From NCBI GenBank assembly GCA_963664115.2, contig CAXWPJ010000010.1, forward strand, positions 508,438 to 572,437: a DNA stretch of 64,000 nucleotides, read 5' to 3'. Of the stretch, positions 1 to 10,332 are shown in pieces. The first letter of the stretch is position 1, and every line of letters starts with the position of its first letter. The position numbers were made by a program, and so were the translations under genes. The notes under the pieces are model-generated. The model ran no database searches. It was given only the letters and a program-made list of their open reading frames with translations, and had not been told where the DNA came from. This DNA is from Terriglobia bacterium. Lineage in GTDB: Bacteria; Acidobacteriota; Terriglobia; 20CM-2-55-15.

Positions 1-405
1 AACATCAACGGCCGATTTGCCGACATCGACTGGGTTCCGATTCGGTATCTAAATAGACTCTACGAACGCCCTGTCCTGATGTCGCTATTTCGGCTGGCGG
101 GCGTCGGGCTCGTGACCTCGATTCGCGACGGCATGAATCTCGTTGCCAAAGAATATGTCGCCACCCAGGATCCCGAAGATCCGGGCATGCTCGTCCTATC
201 GACGCTGGCGGGCGCCGCCAGGGAACTGACCGCAGCCGTCCTGGTCAATCCTTACGATCAGGACGGGGTCGCCGAAGGTATTCGCAAAGCGATCGAGATG
301 AGGATCGAAGAGCGGCAGGAACGTTATGCCGATATGATTGCCGTGTTACGCAAGAACGACATCCACACCTGGCGAAGGAACTTCGTTACGGCACTGACGG
401 AATAG
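1..405 (+). CDS. otsA: Trehalose-6-phosphate synthase, C-terminal part (5' end outside window)
   Basis: Open frame from base 1 ([16 protein letters not shown]); GT20 motifs [11 protein letters not shown] and LVNPYD. Confidence 0.9.
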   Translation, partial: NINGRFADIDWVPIRYLNRLYERPVLMSLFRLAGVGLVTSIRDGMNLVAKEYVATQDPEDPGMLVLSTLAGAARELTAAVLVNPYDQDGVAEGIRKAIEMRIEERQERYADMIAVLRKNDIHTWRRNFVTALTE

Positions 406-579
406 AGCCCGGTTTCAGACCCCCATACACGATCTGCCGGCAGAAGGTGGCAGGAGTCTGGGGGGCCGCGCGCAGGGTTCTCCTATCAGCCCAAAACGCT
501 TGACGAAATGGCAATAGCAAGCGACACTTAGGGCGCAATTTTCCTGGCTGAAGTTCGTGAACACTGAGAGGTTTTTAAC

Positions 580-972
580 ATGAGGAAGTTCGCTGTTGTG
601 ATCGGTTTCTTACTGGTCGTCGCGATCTCGGCGCCCGCCCACCACTCGGCTGCGACGGAGTTCGACATGAACGATCCGGTCAGCGTGGAAGGCGTCGTGA
701 GCAAAGTCGAGTGGAGAAATCCTCACATCTGGTTTTACGTCGATGTGACGGGAGACAACGGTGAAGTGACCACCTGGGGGTTCACCGGAAGCCCTCCGGG
801 CATGCTGGCCAGGAGAGGGATCACCCGGGATGTCTTGAAAGACGGTGCTGAGGTCAAGGTCAGCGGCTTCCGGGCCCGGGACGGTTCACCCAACGCGGTC
901 GGCCGAAATGTGACCTTTGCCGACGGCACCAGTGTCTTCGCGGGAACCCCCGGAGAATTTCCCGAGAGGTAG
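580..972 (+). CDS. DUF6152-family exported protein
   Basis: Signal peptide ending APA-HHS; GVVSKVEWRNPH motif; GAGAGG SD. Confidence 0.85.
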   Translation: MRKFAVVIGFLLVVAISAPAHHSAATEFDMNDPVSVEGVVSKVEWRNPHIWFYVDVTGDNGEVTTWGFTGSPPGMLARRGITRDVLKDGAEVKVSGFRARDGSPNAVGRNVTFADGTSVFAGTPGEFPER

Positions 973-1243
973 CGGTCGGTCCAGGGAGGGTTCACGGATC
1001 GAGCCGTGATGGCTCTAGGGTCTTGCCAGCCGCCCCCTCAACCATGCGCCACCCTGTCAGGAGCGATGCGCAACCGGACAGAGGCAGGAGCAGTGTGCCC
1101 GACAATTCACACCGGGCAGTGAATGAACCTGCCTGTTGCCTTCTGGAAGGTCCGAGAATCCAACACCATCACCACGGACACTGTCGTACTGAGGAAAAAT
1201 ATTGAGATTAGAATGGGTGAGAATTCATAAGGGAGAGTCAGCC

Positions 1244-2029
1244 ATGAAGAAACATTTCGAATTGTCGTTGGTCGCTGCGGCAGCCATTCTGCTTGCCCTG
1301 GCCCCGGCTTCGGCTGATGCGCAGGGAATACCGCGCACCGCGGATGGCACACCCGACTTCACGGGGGTATGGGCGGGTCCGGGGTTTGCACACACCGGGG
1401 GTCCGCTTGACCGCCCGACGGTCTCGCGATACACCACGGAGAACTTTGCTCCTTTGCAGCCCGGGGCGGAGTCCATCTTGTACCGGGAGTACACCGGAAA
1501 CATCCGCATCGATGATCCCACGGCGTATTGCTTGCCGAACGGACTTCCAAGGCAGATTCCTTCCCCCTACGCACAACAATGGATTCAGACGCCCACTCAA
1601 CTGGTGATTCTCTACGAATACATGCACTTCTTTCGGGTCATCCCGTTCGGGGAGCCCAACAGGCCGCACGCCGCCGATGCGGAGCCGACCTACATGGGAA
1701 ACTCGATCGCCTGGTGGGAGGATGACACGCTGGTGATCGACACAACCCATCTTCAGGAATGGGTGCTCGACGCCTACCATCCGCCTGACGGTGGCTCACG
1801 CTGGCACAGTGACCAACTGCACGTGGTCGAACGGCTAGCATTTACATCCCCCACGGAAGTGACCTATGACGTGACGATCGATGACCCTGTGATTTTCACC
1901 GAACCCTGGGTCCAGCCCTGGCAGATGGAACTGAAACCGACCTGGGACGGCCTCTTTGAAATGATTTGTGAGGATAACAATCGATGTCGTGGCGGGGAAT
2001 GCACGGCTTCCGACGTGCAGGTGGATTGA
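1244..2029 (+). CDS. Exported protein of the DUF6152-partner family (two conserved Cys)
   Basis: GGGAGAG SD before ATG 1244; signal peptide; PDFTGVW, CLPNGLPR, GNSIAWWEDDTLVIDT, IDDP, C-terminal EMIC. Confidence 0.85.
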   Translation: MKKHFELSLVAAAAILLALAPASADAQGIPRTADGTPDFTGVWAGPGFAHTGGPLDRPTVSRYTTENFAPLQPGAESILYREYTGNIRIDDPTAYCLPNGLPRQIPSPYAQQWIQTPTQLVILYEYMHFFRVIPFGEPNRPHAADAEPTYMGNSIAWWEDDTLVIDTTHLQEWVLDAYHPPDGGSRWHSDQLHVVERLAFTSPTEVTYDVTIDDPVIFTEPWVQPWQMELKPTWDGLFEMICEDNNRCRGGECTASDVQVD

Positions 2030-2052
2030 AAGGTTCTTATCAGAGGTATCCG

Positions 2053-2448
2053 ATGAATACGAAGCGATTAAAACCTTTACTGTTCGGGATCGGGCTGTTG
2101 GTCGTTTCTGGCACGACAATCGCCCACCACGGAACCAACATTTCCTACGACCAGACCACGACGGTCACCTTGACAGGCGTGGTGACCGAATTTCGCCTGG
2201 CGAATCCACACAGCCAGCTCTATTTCGACGTAACGGACGAGACCGGCACCCTCATCCACTGGGCCGGTGAACTCAACAGCCCCGGCATTCTAAGAAGGAT
2301 TGGCTGGACCCCTGATGTGATGGAGCCGGGAGACGAGGTCACGCTGAGCCTCCACCCGTCGAAAGCGGGCACACCGGTGGGGGTTGTCGAGAGAGACGAA
2401 CCTATGATCGTTAATGGCGCACAACTTTTGGGAACTGGAGATCAATAA
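2053..2448 (+). CDS. DUF6152-family exported protein
   Basis: GAGG SD; signal peptide ending TIA-HHG; GVVTEFRLANPH. Confidence 0.85.
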   Translation: MNTKRLKPLLFGIGLLVVSGTTIAHHGTNISYDQTTTVTLTGVVTEFRLANPHSQLYFDVTDETGTLIHWAGELNSPGILRRIGWTPDVMEPGDEVTLSLHPSKAGTPVGVVERDEPMIVNGAQLLGTGDQ

Positions 2449-2476
2449 GATTCTCAAAACGACAGGAGTTTCAAGA

Positions 2477-3220
2477 ATGCAAAATCGTTGCATGAGGTTT
2501 GCCGCCGTTGTACTGGCGATGGTGGTTTGCTCGTCTCTCGCAGCCGCTCAGACCGCCAGGCGAAATCTGAACGGCGTGTGGACCCGGACAACCCGGGTGC
2601 TGACCATGAGCGAAGAGACGCCTGCTTTCGCCCCTTGGGGGCAGGAACGCTTCGACGCGGCCCGGCCCGGATACGGACCCCGAGCGGTACCTCCGGGCGT
2701 GGGCAACGACCCCATGGGCACGTGTGACCCTCTGGGCATGCCCCGCAATCTCTTTCTTGAAGTTTCGATTTATCCAATGGAGTTCCTCGAAACCCCGGAT
2801 CGAGTCCTGCAGTTCTTTGAATGGGCGCATGTGTGGCGGGAGATCTGGACGGACGGAAGAGAACTCCCGGAGAATCCCTTCCCCCGATGGATGGGATACT
2901 CCGTCGGCCGGTGGGAGGGCGACACCTTCATCGTGGACTCCATCGGTTTTGACGAGCGTACCTGGCTCGATCATTTTGGAAATCCGGTGAGCGACGATAT
3001 GCGCCTGGAAGAACGCTACCGGCGTGTCGATGAGGAAACCCTGGAGCTTGTGATCACCATCAATGCCCCGAAGGCCTACCGGACACCCTGGGTCAGCGAA
3101 ACGAAGGTCATGCGCATGGCTCCCGAAGGCAGGGAGATCGAGGAATTGTTCTGCGTCCCGACCGAGGAGCAGGCGTTTAACAGGGGAATCCGGGATCCCG
3201 CCGCCGGGGTGATCCCTTAA
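2477..3220 (+). CDS. Exported protein of the DUF6152-partner family
   Basis: AGGAG SD; signal peptide; LNGVW, CDPLGMPR, GYSVGRWEGDTFIVD, C-terminal ELFC. Confidence 0.85.
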   Translation: MQNRCMRFAAVVLAMVVCSSLAAAQTARRNLNGVWTRTTRVLTMSEETPAFAPWGQERFDAARPGYGPRAVPPGVGNDPMGTCDPLGMPRNLFLEVSIYPMEFLETPDRVLQFFEWAHVWREIWTDGRELPENPFPRWMGYSVGRWEGDTFIVDSIGFDERTWLDHFGNPVSDDMRLEERYRRVDEETLELVITINAPKAYRTPWVSETKVMRMAPEGREIEELFCVPTEEQAFNRGIRDPAAGVIP

Positions 3221-3339
3221 GCGAAGATGCTCCCTAGCCGTTGATTCGGGCCATGCGTTCGGGTTAAAAACGGACGCAGCCTTTAACCCGATCTACTAAC
3301 CGGATCATTACACTGCCACAGGCTGAGGCCTCTATCTGC

Positions 3340-4299
3340 TCAGTCCTGGGCGGTGAGAGAACTGTACAGGTCCTCGATAAAACTTTCCGTCGCTCCCAGT
3401 CCGGATGTCGCGCCGTACATGGGTTCATATTCCCGTGTCGGAGCGGCCGCCTTCACCTGCTCCAGCGTCATACCCTGGCTGATCATGTCCTGAACGCGGT
3501 AGCGAAGGAGGACGGACATGTCGCGGTACTTGATGACGTCTTCCCGATCGCACAGTCGGCCGTGCCCCGGAACCACGTACGTGCGGCTCTCCCCGTTCAA
3601 GGGATTAGAGAGCGCGATTATCCTGTCCAACCCGGCGATCATCCCCTGAACGCGGCCGCCTCCATCGAAATCGACAACCGGATAGCGGGTGATCGCGAAG
3701 ACGTCACCGCCGCTGATCACGTTGGAGCCTTTGAAAAACACGATGCTGTCGCCGGTGGAATGCGCGGCCGGGATGTGAATGATGTCGATGTCTTCGCCGT
3801 TGAATTGAATCGTCATCTGGTCCGTGTACGTTTCCGTCGGCCAGAAACCCTCGCCCACGATGAAACGGTCATTCGGGGTACCGGAGGGTTCGGAGCTCAT
3901 CACCTTGATTACGTTTTCGTGCCCCACGATTGTCGCGCCGCTCGGGGTGGCCAGAGCTTCGTTTCCACCGGCGTGATCCCCATGGACGTGGGTGTTGATG
4001 ATGTAGCGAATGGGCTTGTCTGAGAGTTCCCGAATCGCCGCCATGATCTTGGGGGCCATGGGCGCAAACTGCGTGTCCACAACCAGGACGCCGTCATCGC
4101 CAATCTGTACGGTGACGTTTCCACCCGCACCGACCATCATGTAGACATTGCCCTGCACGTGTTTCACCTGAACCTCAACCGCGTCGAAGCGGCCCTGGGC
4201 GTAGGCGGGATTCAACTCCCCTGAGCCTACCAGCAACCCGACGATGACAAGCGCGACGGCAAACAGTGGCCCGATGACCGGTTGGAGTTTTACTTTCAT
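3340..4299 (-). CDS. Exported MBL-fold metallo-hydrolase (cyclase-like)
   Basis: THVHGDH, AAHSTGD, GD, VPGHG motifs; signal peptide; AAGGAG SD before ATG 4299. Confidence 0.9.
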   Translation of the reverse strand: MKVKLQPVIGPLFAVALVIVGLLVGSGELNPAYAQGRFDAVEVQVKHVQGNVYMMVGAGGNVTVQIGDDGVLVVDTQFAPMAPKIMAAIRELSDKPIRYIINTHVHGDHAGGNEALATPSGATIVGHENVIKVMSSEPSGTPNDRFIVGEGFWPTETYTDQMTIQFNGEDIDIIHIPAAHSTGDSIVFFKGSNVISGGDVFAITRYPVVDFDGGGRVQGMIAGLDRIIALSNPLNGESRTYVVPGHGRLCDREDVIKYRDMSVLLRYRVQDMISQGMTLEQVKAAAPTREYEPMYGATSGLGATESFIEDLYSSLTAQD

Positions 4300-4453
4300 A
4301 ACACTCGCTCCTTTTAGATTAGCTCTTAAGTAATTCCGGATTTGCGGTCCGACTCGGAATGCCACGACGAACCTGGACGCGATCAGAACACTAGCGCACC
4401 CCACCCATCCAGGCTGCCAGCAGGAATCCTCCTCCGCAGTCGGCACCCGGCAG

Positions 4454-5974
4454 CTAGAGCGCTGCGCCCAGCAGCTCCTGCGACCGGTCGGTAACCACCT
4501 GCTGCAGGTTGTTCCCGTGACTGTCGATCGTCACGACGACCGGGAAGTTCTCAACTTCCAGTTCCCACACGGCTTCGGGGCTACCAAATTCTTCGAGGCG
4601 GACGCTCAGAACGCGTTGGATACACTGCGCATAAATCTGAGCCGCGCCTCCAATCGCGTGCAGGTAGACGGCGCCGTGCTCCTGGCAGGCTCTCTGAGTT
4701 TTCCCTCCCATGCCGCCTTTTCCGATCACAGCCTTGATGGCAAACTTCTTGATAATGTCCGCCTGGTACGGTTCTTCACGAATAGACGTCGTAGGACCTG
4801 CGGCTACGACCTTGTATTCGCCGTCTTTCTCGAGCACAACCGGACCGCAATGGTAAATGACGCCGTCTCGAATGACATCGAGTTCCCCACCTTCATGGAG
4901 ATACTTGTGCACCGCGTCCCGCCCCGTAAACACAACCCCGCTGAGCAAAACGACATCGCCAACGTTCAGGCTGCGGACATCGGCTTCGCTGAGCGGCGTC
5001 TGCAGACGGACGACTTCGCCTTCGGGCAGCGTCAGATCCGGCGTCGGCTCTTCCCCCTGGAACTCGTGGTCGGCGGTGTAGAGCCACTCTTTCACACGAC
5101 CTTCAACATCCAACACCACGCCGCGCCTCCTGTAGGCCCAGCACATGTAAGCGATCGTGACGAAGTACGATGCGGGCAGGCGGTTTATCTTGCCCACCTT
5201 GCAGCAGCCCACGGTGAACTTTCCAGCGAAACCCATGGGCCCGATGTCGAGAGTGTTGGCCTCTTTCATGATCCGCGATTCAAGGTCGGCGAGAACCGGT
5301 TCCGGACTGCTGTCCTCGATGGACCGCAACAACTGATGCTTCGCAAATTCATAGCCTGAGGCCCGGTCACCCCCGATGGCCACACCCAGAAAGCCCGGGC
5401 CGCAGCCTTTCCCCTGAGCTCTCCAGACCGCGTCAAGAATGCAGGCGCGCACGCCCTCCAGGTCCCGGTTGACCCGACGGCCCTGAATCTCCCCGGGCAG
5501 GCTGTACTGGGCGCTCATGTTCTCGCATCCACCACCCTTAAGGATCAGGCGGATATCGATGTCGGCATCGCGCGTCTGCTCCCAGTGAAAGACCGGACTC
5601 CCGGGACCGAGGTTGTCGCCGCTGTTCTTGCCGTCCACGCTGTCCACGGAGTTTTGCCGGAGGTAACCCTTCGATGTCGCCTCCTGTACCGCTTCGCAGC
5701 AGAGATCCGCGAGTTCGAGCTGATCCACACCCACCGGAGTCTTGATATAGAAATTGATCGTCCCGGTATCCTGGCAGATCGGCAGGGACTTCGCCTTCGC
5801 CAGCCCGATGTTCTGCGCCACCAGTTCCAATGCAAAGTCGGCCTTGGACCCGGAGGCCTCAAGCTTGCGCTGGAGGTCGATCACGTTCTGAATGTCCGGA
5901 GGTAAAAAGGCGGAAGTACGACGTAAGAGTTCAAGGATGCTTTCGCGGAACGTTGCTCTGTTCATGGGGTTCAT
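4454..5974 (-). CDS. fumA: Class I Fe-S fumarate hydratase (fused alpha/beta domains)
   Basis: PICQDTG, KGGGCEN, GRDAVH, GPTTSIRE, GKGGMG motifs. Confidence 0.88.
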   Translation of the reverse strand: MNPMNRATFRESILELLRRTSAFLPPDIQNVIDLQRKLEASGSKADFALELVAQNIGLAKAKSLPICQDTGTINFYIKTPVGVDQLELADLCCEAVQEATSKGYLRQNSVDSVDGKNSGDNLGPGSPVFHWEQTRDADIDIRLILKGGGCENMSAQYSLPGEIQGRRVNRDLEGVRACILDAVWRAQGKGCGPGFLGVAIGGDRASGYEFAKHQLLRSIEDSSPEPVLADLESRIMKEANTLDIGPMGFAGKFTVGCCKVGKINRLPASYFVTIAYMCWAYRRRGVVLDVEGRVKEWLYTADHEFQGEEPTPDLTLPEGEVVRLQTPLSEADVRSLNVGDVVLLSGVVFTGRDAVHKYLHEGGELDVIRDGVIYHCGPVVLEKDGEYKVVAAGPTTSIREEPYQADIIKKFAIKAVIGKGGMGGKTQRACQEHGAVYLHAIGGAAQIYAQCIQRVLSVRLEEFGSPEAVWELEVENFPVVVTIDSHGNNLQQVVTDRSQELLGAAL

Positions 5975-6372
5975 TTTAGCAGTTTCGGGACCTTGATTGT
6001 TATGGGGGCGGTGGGGGAACCGACTTGAAGATGAATCGCTGCGGTACTTGATTTGAACGGTTCGCCTGTGGATGGGGATGCGCTCGGTCGTTCAATCGGC
6101 CATCCTGGCCGAACGACCGGCGACCCTCTCCATCTTCCTGATGGAGAGGCGTATTGGGGAATAAGAGTGGGAATGACGGAATGTTGATCCCCCTCTTAAA
6201 CAAAACCCACACCGGTCCCCCGGTGCGGGTGGACAACGAGGCAGCAGCCGAGGCGTCTGTGACAGATGAGCGTCCCTCTGTCAGGACAAGCAACCAATCA
6301 ACCCAAGCATTGCCTTCTCTTGTCCAACCTTAACTACCGCTCACTTAAAAACTCTCTCCGATCAACCCCCGA

Positions 6373-7755
6373 CTACTCCCCTGTCGATGGCGCCTCCAGC
6401 CTATCCAGTACATGCTCCTGCACCCATTTGGGATCCCACCATTCGATAGGATTCACCGGCACCCCGTGCAGAAAGAGACCGAAGTGGAGATGGTCGCCGC
6501 CGGCCAGGCCCGTGGCGCCGCTGCGTCCCAGTACGGCCTGCTTCCCAACCATCTGACCCACTTCCACATCGAGTGAACTCATGTGCGCATAGAGCGACAC
6601 GAGGCCGGCGCCGTGGTCGATCAGGACGGTGTTGCCATAGATGCCGAAGTAGTCCGCCATGAGAACCCGTCCGGCGTTGGCCGCTTCGATCGGATAACGT
6701 TGGACAACGGAGAGGTCGAAACCGACATGATCCTGCTGGTCCACAACCTCGCCCGCATACATGTAGGTGCGGCGGTCGGCGAAAAAAGATTCCACCTGAG
6801 AATTGCTGAGCTGGGTAAACGCTCCGTCCCAGAGGAACTCTCCCGGAGATTGCAAGGATAATTCCGCAATCGCTTCGTGGTTCTCCTGACGCAGGCGGCT
6901 GTTGATCTCGACGTAGGTGTCGATCAGGTTCCCCTGGTCCTGGATTTCCGGAGTTCGGCTGACGATTTCAGGAACAACCTTTCGGAGAAAGCTCTCCGTC
7001 AGGACGATTTCACGGTTACGGAACTCCCGCGCCGCCAGACGGTGGCTCACGTCCGATAGCGCCTCGTTCCCGGCCGCGTCGCGGGCAACGAGTTGGACAG
7101 CTGTGTCGCCGGGAAGGTCGTAGGCAAACGCGAAGAGGGCGAAGCGGAGATCCGGATCCGAGGGATCGGGTGCGAATCCCGGGAAGAAATGCGGGCCCAC
7201 CTGGACGCCCGACATCACCGCGTCCTCGGACACACGATAGACAAGGGAATCTGATCCACCCTGATTCATGTAGATCAGACCGGAAATGGTTTCCAGTCGC
7301 GGCGGATAAAGGTCGAAACGGAACTCACGCGTCAGCTCGATTCGATTGCCTGCCAAGAAGCTACGGTAGGAGTGATCACTTGCGGTAATGGCAAGGCTGG
7401 CGGGCCCGTCCTGGACCGTGTAGTTATCGGCGATCAGTGTCCCCAGGTCATATGTCCGGACGGGCGTGGTCCCGCGACCGGGGAAGGATTCATCCGCCAG
7501 GACAATCTCCGTGTTGCCCTGCGTAAAGACGACGCTCACCTGTTTGAGGCCGGTTCCGAGGTCTTCGACTGTGAGCTCGAAGGCCGCCCCAGCCGCAAGC
7601 GCTTCGAAGTCACGGTCGAAAGCGATACTCGGGTTCTGGCCCTCCAGTCGCCGGTAGCCCAAGCCCACAAGCGACACGAACACCAGGACAGCGACAATCG
7701 CCAATCGCACCCACATTGTTTCTCGCGACATCGGACGCTCGGTGTATCTGATCAT
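6373..7755 (-). CDS. M23 family metallopeptidase with N-terminal membrane anchor
   Basis: HVGFD, YGNTVLIDHG, YAHM, HLHF zinc motifs; start could be 7731. Confidence 0.9.
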   Translation of the reverse strand: MIRYTERPMSRETMWVRLAIVAVLVFVSLVGLGYRRLEGQNPSIAFDRDFEALAAGAAFELTVEDLGTGLKQVSVVFTQGNTEIVLADESFPGRGTTPVRTYDLGTLIADNYTVQDGPASLAITASDHSYRSFLAGNRIELTREFRFDLYPPRLETISGLIYMNQGGSDSLVYRVSEDAVMSGVQVGPHFFPGFAPDPSDPDLRFALFAFAYDLPGDTAVQLVARDAAGNEALSDVSHRLAAREFRNREIVLTESFLRKVVPEIVSRTPEIQDQGNLIDTYVEINSRLRQENHEAIAELSLQSPGEFLWDGAFTQLSNSQVESFFADRRTYMYAGEVVDQQDHVGFDLSVVQRYPIEAANAGRVLMADYFGIYGNTVLIDHGAGLVSLYAHMSSLDVEVGQMVGKQAVLGRSGATGLAGGDHLHFGLFLHGVPVNPIEWWDPKWVQEHVLDRLEAPSTGE

Positions 7756-8057
7756 TCCTGATTCCTACCAGAGGGAGGGCTCGGTTCTGGTCCCTCTGCC
7801 AGACACCGTCTCGCCATAGGATCTGCACCGGCTCCCCCGGTGGGTGTAGCGCATACTGCGACGCACATTCCAGATGAAGGGCCTCTCCAGAAAAATTGCG
7901 ATGCTCTCCACGACTTTTTCTCACTGCTCGGGGACTCAGCCCCAGCCTAAAGGTCGTCCTAAGCCAATCGAAATTGAGCATCTGTCACAGTTTTTACAAT
8001 TGCTCAGTCGTGCGGAGAGTCTAATTGTATAGATCACATGAAAGAGAGGTGAACGCA

Positions 8058-8948
8058 ATGCATATCAGAAACCTGACCGTCCTATTGATAACCCTGGTGT
8101 GGGTCCTGCCTGTCGGGGCTGAACCCACACCTGCCGCACCCCAACAGGCGGGGGCAGAAACAAGCGCGGTTCCATCGGAATTATTCGCCCCGGTTGGCAC
8201 GTTATTGACCGTCCGGACACGGGAGCCACTTTCCAGCAACACCAACGACAGTGGGGACGGATTTCTAGCCGTTCTGAGTCAACCTTTGGTTGTCGACGGT
8301 TGGGTCGTGGCACGGGCGGGGCAGACGGTTATGGGTCGCATCGTCCGCGCGACTGAAGCCGGACGGACCCGCGGCACCTCGGAACTGGGCATCGAACTGG
8401 GCGAATTGCTGCTCGTTGATGGCCAGCAAGTACCCGTTCGAACTCAACTGATCCGCAGCGAGGGATCGACGTCCGCTGATCGGGATGTTGGCGCGATCGC
8501 CGCAGGAACGGGACTTGGAACGATTATCGGCGGTGCAGCCTCCGGCGGGCGGGGGGCGGCTATTGGCGCTGTCGCCGGTGCGGCCGCATCAGTGATCGGC
8601 GTCTTGTCCACTCGGGGACGGGCGACCGAGGTTCCACCGGAAACGGAGTTGAGCTTCCGCCTGGATGCCCCCCTGACGATATCGACCGAGCGCAGCGCCC
8701 ACGCTTTTCTGGCTGTGACGGCCGATGACTACAACGCGGCCCCAACGCTTCAGCTTCCGACGTCTGATCGCCGCGATCTTCGTGATCGTGGCAATCGTGG
8801 CGAAAGAAACCGTCGAGGATCGTATCGATCTAGCGTGTTCTTTGGCTACCCGGCCTATTACTCAATCTGGCCACGAAACTACGGTGTCCGTGGATGGCGG
8901 GGACACGCTGTTCCTCGCGGCCACTTCAGAAGATTCGGTCGGCGCTAG
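8058..8948 (+). CDS. Exported hypothetical protein with glycine-zipper segment
   Basis: GAGGTG SD; signal peptide; GAxxGAxxG repeats; Arg/Tyr-rich tail. Confidence 0.75.
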   Translation: MHIRNLTVLLITLVWVLPVGAEPTPAAPQQAGAETSAVPSELFAPVGTLLTVRTREPLSSNTNDSGDGFLAVLSQPLVVDGWVVARAGQTVMGRIVRATEAGRTRGTSELGIELGELLLVDGQQVPVRTQLIRSEGSTSADRDVGAIAAGTGLGTIIGGAASGGRGAAIGAVAGAAASVIGVLSTRGRATEVPPETELSFRLDAPLTISTERSAHAFLAVTADDYNAAPTLQLPTSDRRDLRDRGNRGERNRRGSYRSSVFFGYPAYYSIWPRNYGVRGWRGHAVPRGHFRRFGRR

Positions 8949-9588
8949 GGAACGGCTCGCGTTCGAAGAGCACGTCCGCCTGGAGCAGAGTGCCGTCCCC
9001 CGCGTGTGACAAGTCGAATACGTCGATCGGCCGATAGCCGATGGATGCCATGTAGTCGAACACATCGACGATGAGCGGCGCCCCAAGGTTGTAGGCGGCG
9101 ATGGACGTCTCCAGCAGGATGAGCCGGGGCGTGAATGTCTCAAGAAAGTTTCGGGCACCCTTGAGAATGTCCACTTCCGATCCCTGGGTATCCAGCTTCA
9201 CCAGACCGTGCTCTTTCCAGTTTCCGGAAAAATCGATCCTCTTCATGAGCCGGTCGATTGTTGTCATCTCCTTTTTCAAAACGATGTTGGAATCACGGTA
9301 GAACCCGCTGTTTTCCCGATAGACGGAAGACCCCGTCGTAAACCCATCCTTTTCATCGACAGTGTAGAAGTCGCATACTCTCGGCCCGTCGCCCAGAAGG
9401 ATATAAAAGGCCTTGGGATTGTGTGGCTTCTGGCGCTCATCGGCTTCGAACTGCCATATCTTGATTCCGGGCCAGAGCTGATCGATAAGCGCCGAGAACT
9501 CGCCACGATACGCCCCAATGTCGAGCGCCCTCTCGAGCCGGAGACCACTGGAAATGTGAAAGCGAAATCGGTTTTCGAAGTTTTGCAT
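8926..9588 (-). CDS. FkbM-family methyltransferase
   Basis: LDIGAYRG, FEA, KLDTQGSE, QADVLF motifs. Confidence 0.88.
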   Translation of the reverse strand: MQNFENRFRFHISSGLRLERALDIGAYRGEFSALIDQLWPGIKIWQFEADERQKPHNPKAFYILLGDGPRVCDFYTVDEKDGFTTGSSVYRENSGFYRDSNIVLKKEMTTIDRLMKRIDFSGNWKEHGLVKLDTQGSEVDILKGARNFLETFTPRLILLETSIAAYNLGAPLIVDVFDYMASIGYRPIDVFDLSHAGDGTLLQADVLFEREPFPSADRIF

Positions 9589-9621
9589 CGATTCTTTAGA
9601 ACGCCGAGTAAACCTGAAGGT

Positions 9622-10332
9622 CTAGCGGTACTCAGTGCCGGCGACGCGATCGACATCGTCCCGGATCATCTGTTCGTGATAATAGCCGATTACGGCGTCT
9701 ACCGACGGTCCGAGATAGTCGTCATTGACGATGTGGAGATTCAACTGCGATCTCCAGAAAAAACTCATATCGAGGTTGGATGGCGTCGCATGGTTCCCGA
9801 TCTGATCGAAGAAAGGGTCAATCTCAACGAACGGTATTTTCGGAAATCCCCAGAGTACGCCGCCCCGGATTGTGAAGACCCAGCGGTGATGAATATAGCC
9901 GCGGTAGGAAATACCCGAGGCCATTACCTTCTCAAAGCGTGCCATCTCCGCGAACTTGCTCGGGACGGCGACGTAGCCGGATTCCGAGATGGCGGACAGT
10001 TTCTGGCAAACAAGCAGGGGGTTGGAAAGGTCCTCCAAGGTGTGGGCACAGATGCTGAAGTTGAACTTGCCGTGTTCGGCAACGTGGTCTTCGACGACCT
10101 TCCAGTCATTGTCGCGGGAGATATTGACCTTGAAATAATGGATCTGGGAATCCGACCCGGAGAGGGGTGGATTGATATCGACAATGGCGTTGGCGACACC
10201 TCCGCTCCAACCAACAACCGTCCCGCCAACGTCAATGACTGAATAAGCCGGACGAACTTTGCGTTTTTGTGCAATACGTTCGAGCACAGAAGTCCGGTCA
10301 CCGTTGCTGACGATCGGGACAACGCCCCTCAT
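9622..10332 (-). CDS. Class I SAM methyltransferase-like hypothetical protein
   Basis: VIDVGG motif I, FSICAHTLEDL, GYVAVPS, YIHHRW. Confidence 0.7.
   Translation of the reverse strand: MRGVVPIVSNGDRTSVLERIAQKRKVRPAYSVIDVGGTVVGWSGGVANAIVDINPPLSGSDSQIHYFKVNISRDNDWKVVEDHVAEHGKFNFSICAHTLEDLSNPLLVCQKLSAISESGYVAVPSKFAEMARFEKVMASGISYRGYIHHRWVFTIRGGVLWGFPKIPFVEIDPFFDQIGNHATPSNLDMSFFWRSQLNLHIVNDDYLGPSVDAVIGYYHEQMIRDDVDRVAGTEYR

Noticed and set aside
9208-10242. Long alternative ORFs (also 14709-16169, 33193-34245, 46882-47934, 47972-49024)
   Set aside because: Antisense shadows of well-supported genes in GC-rich DNA; no motifs
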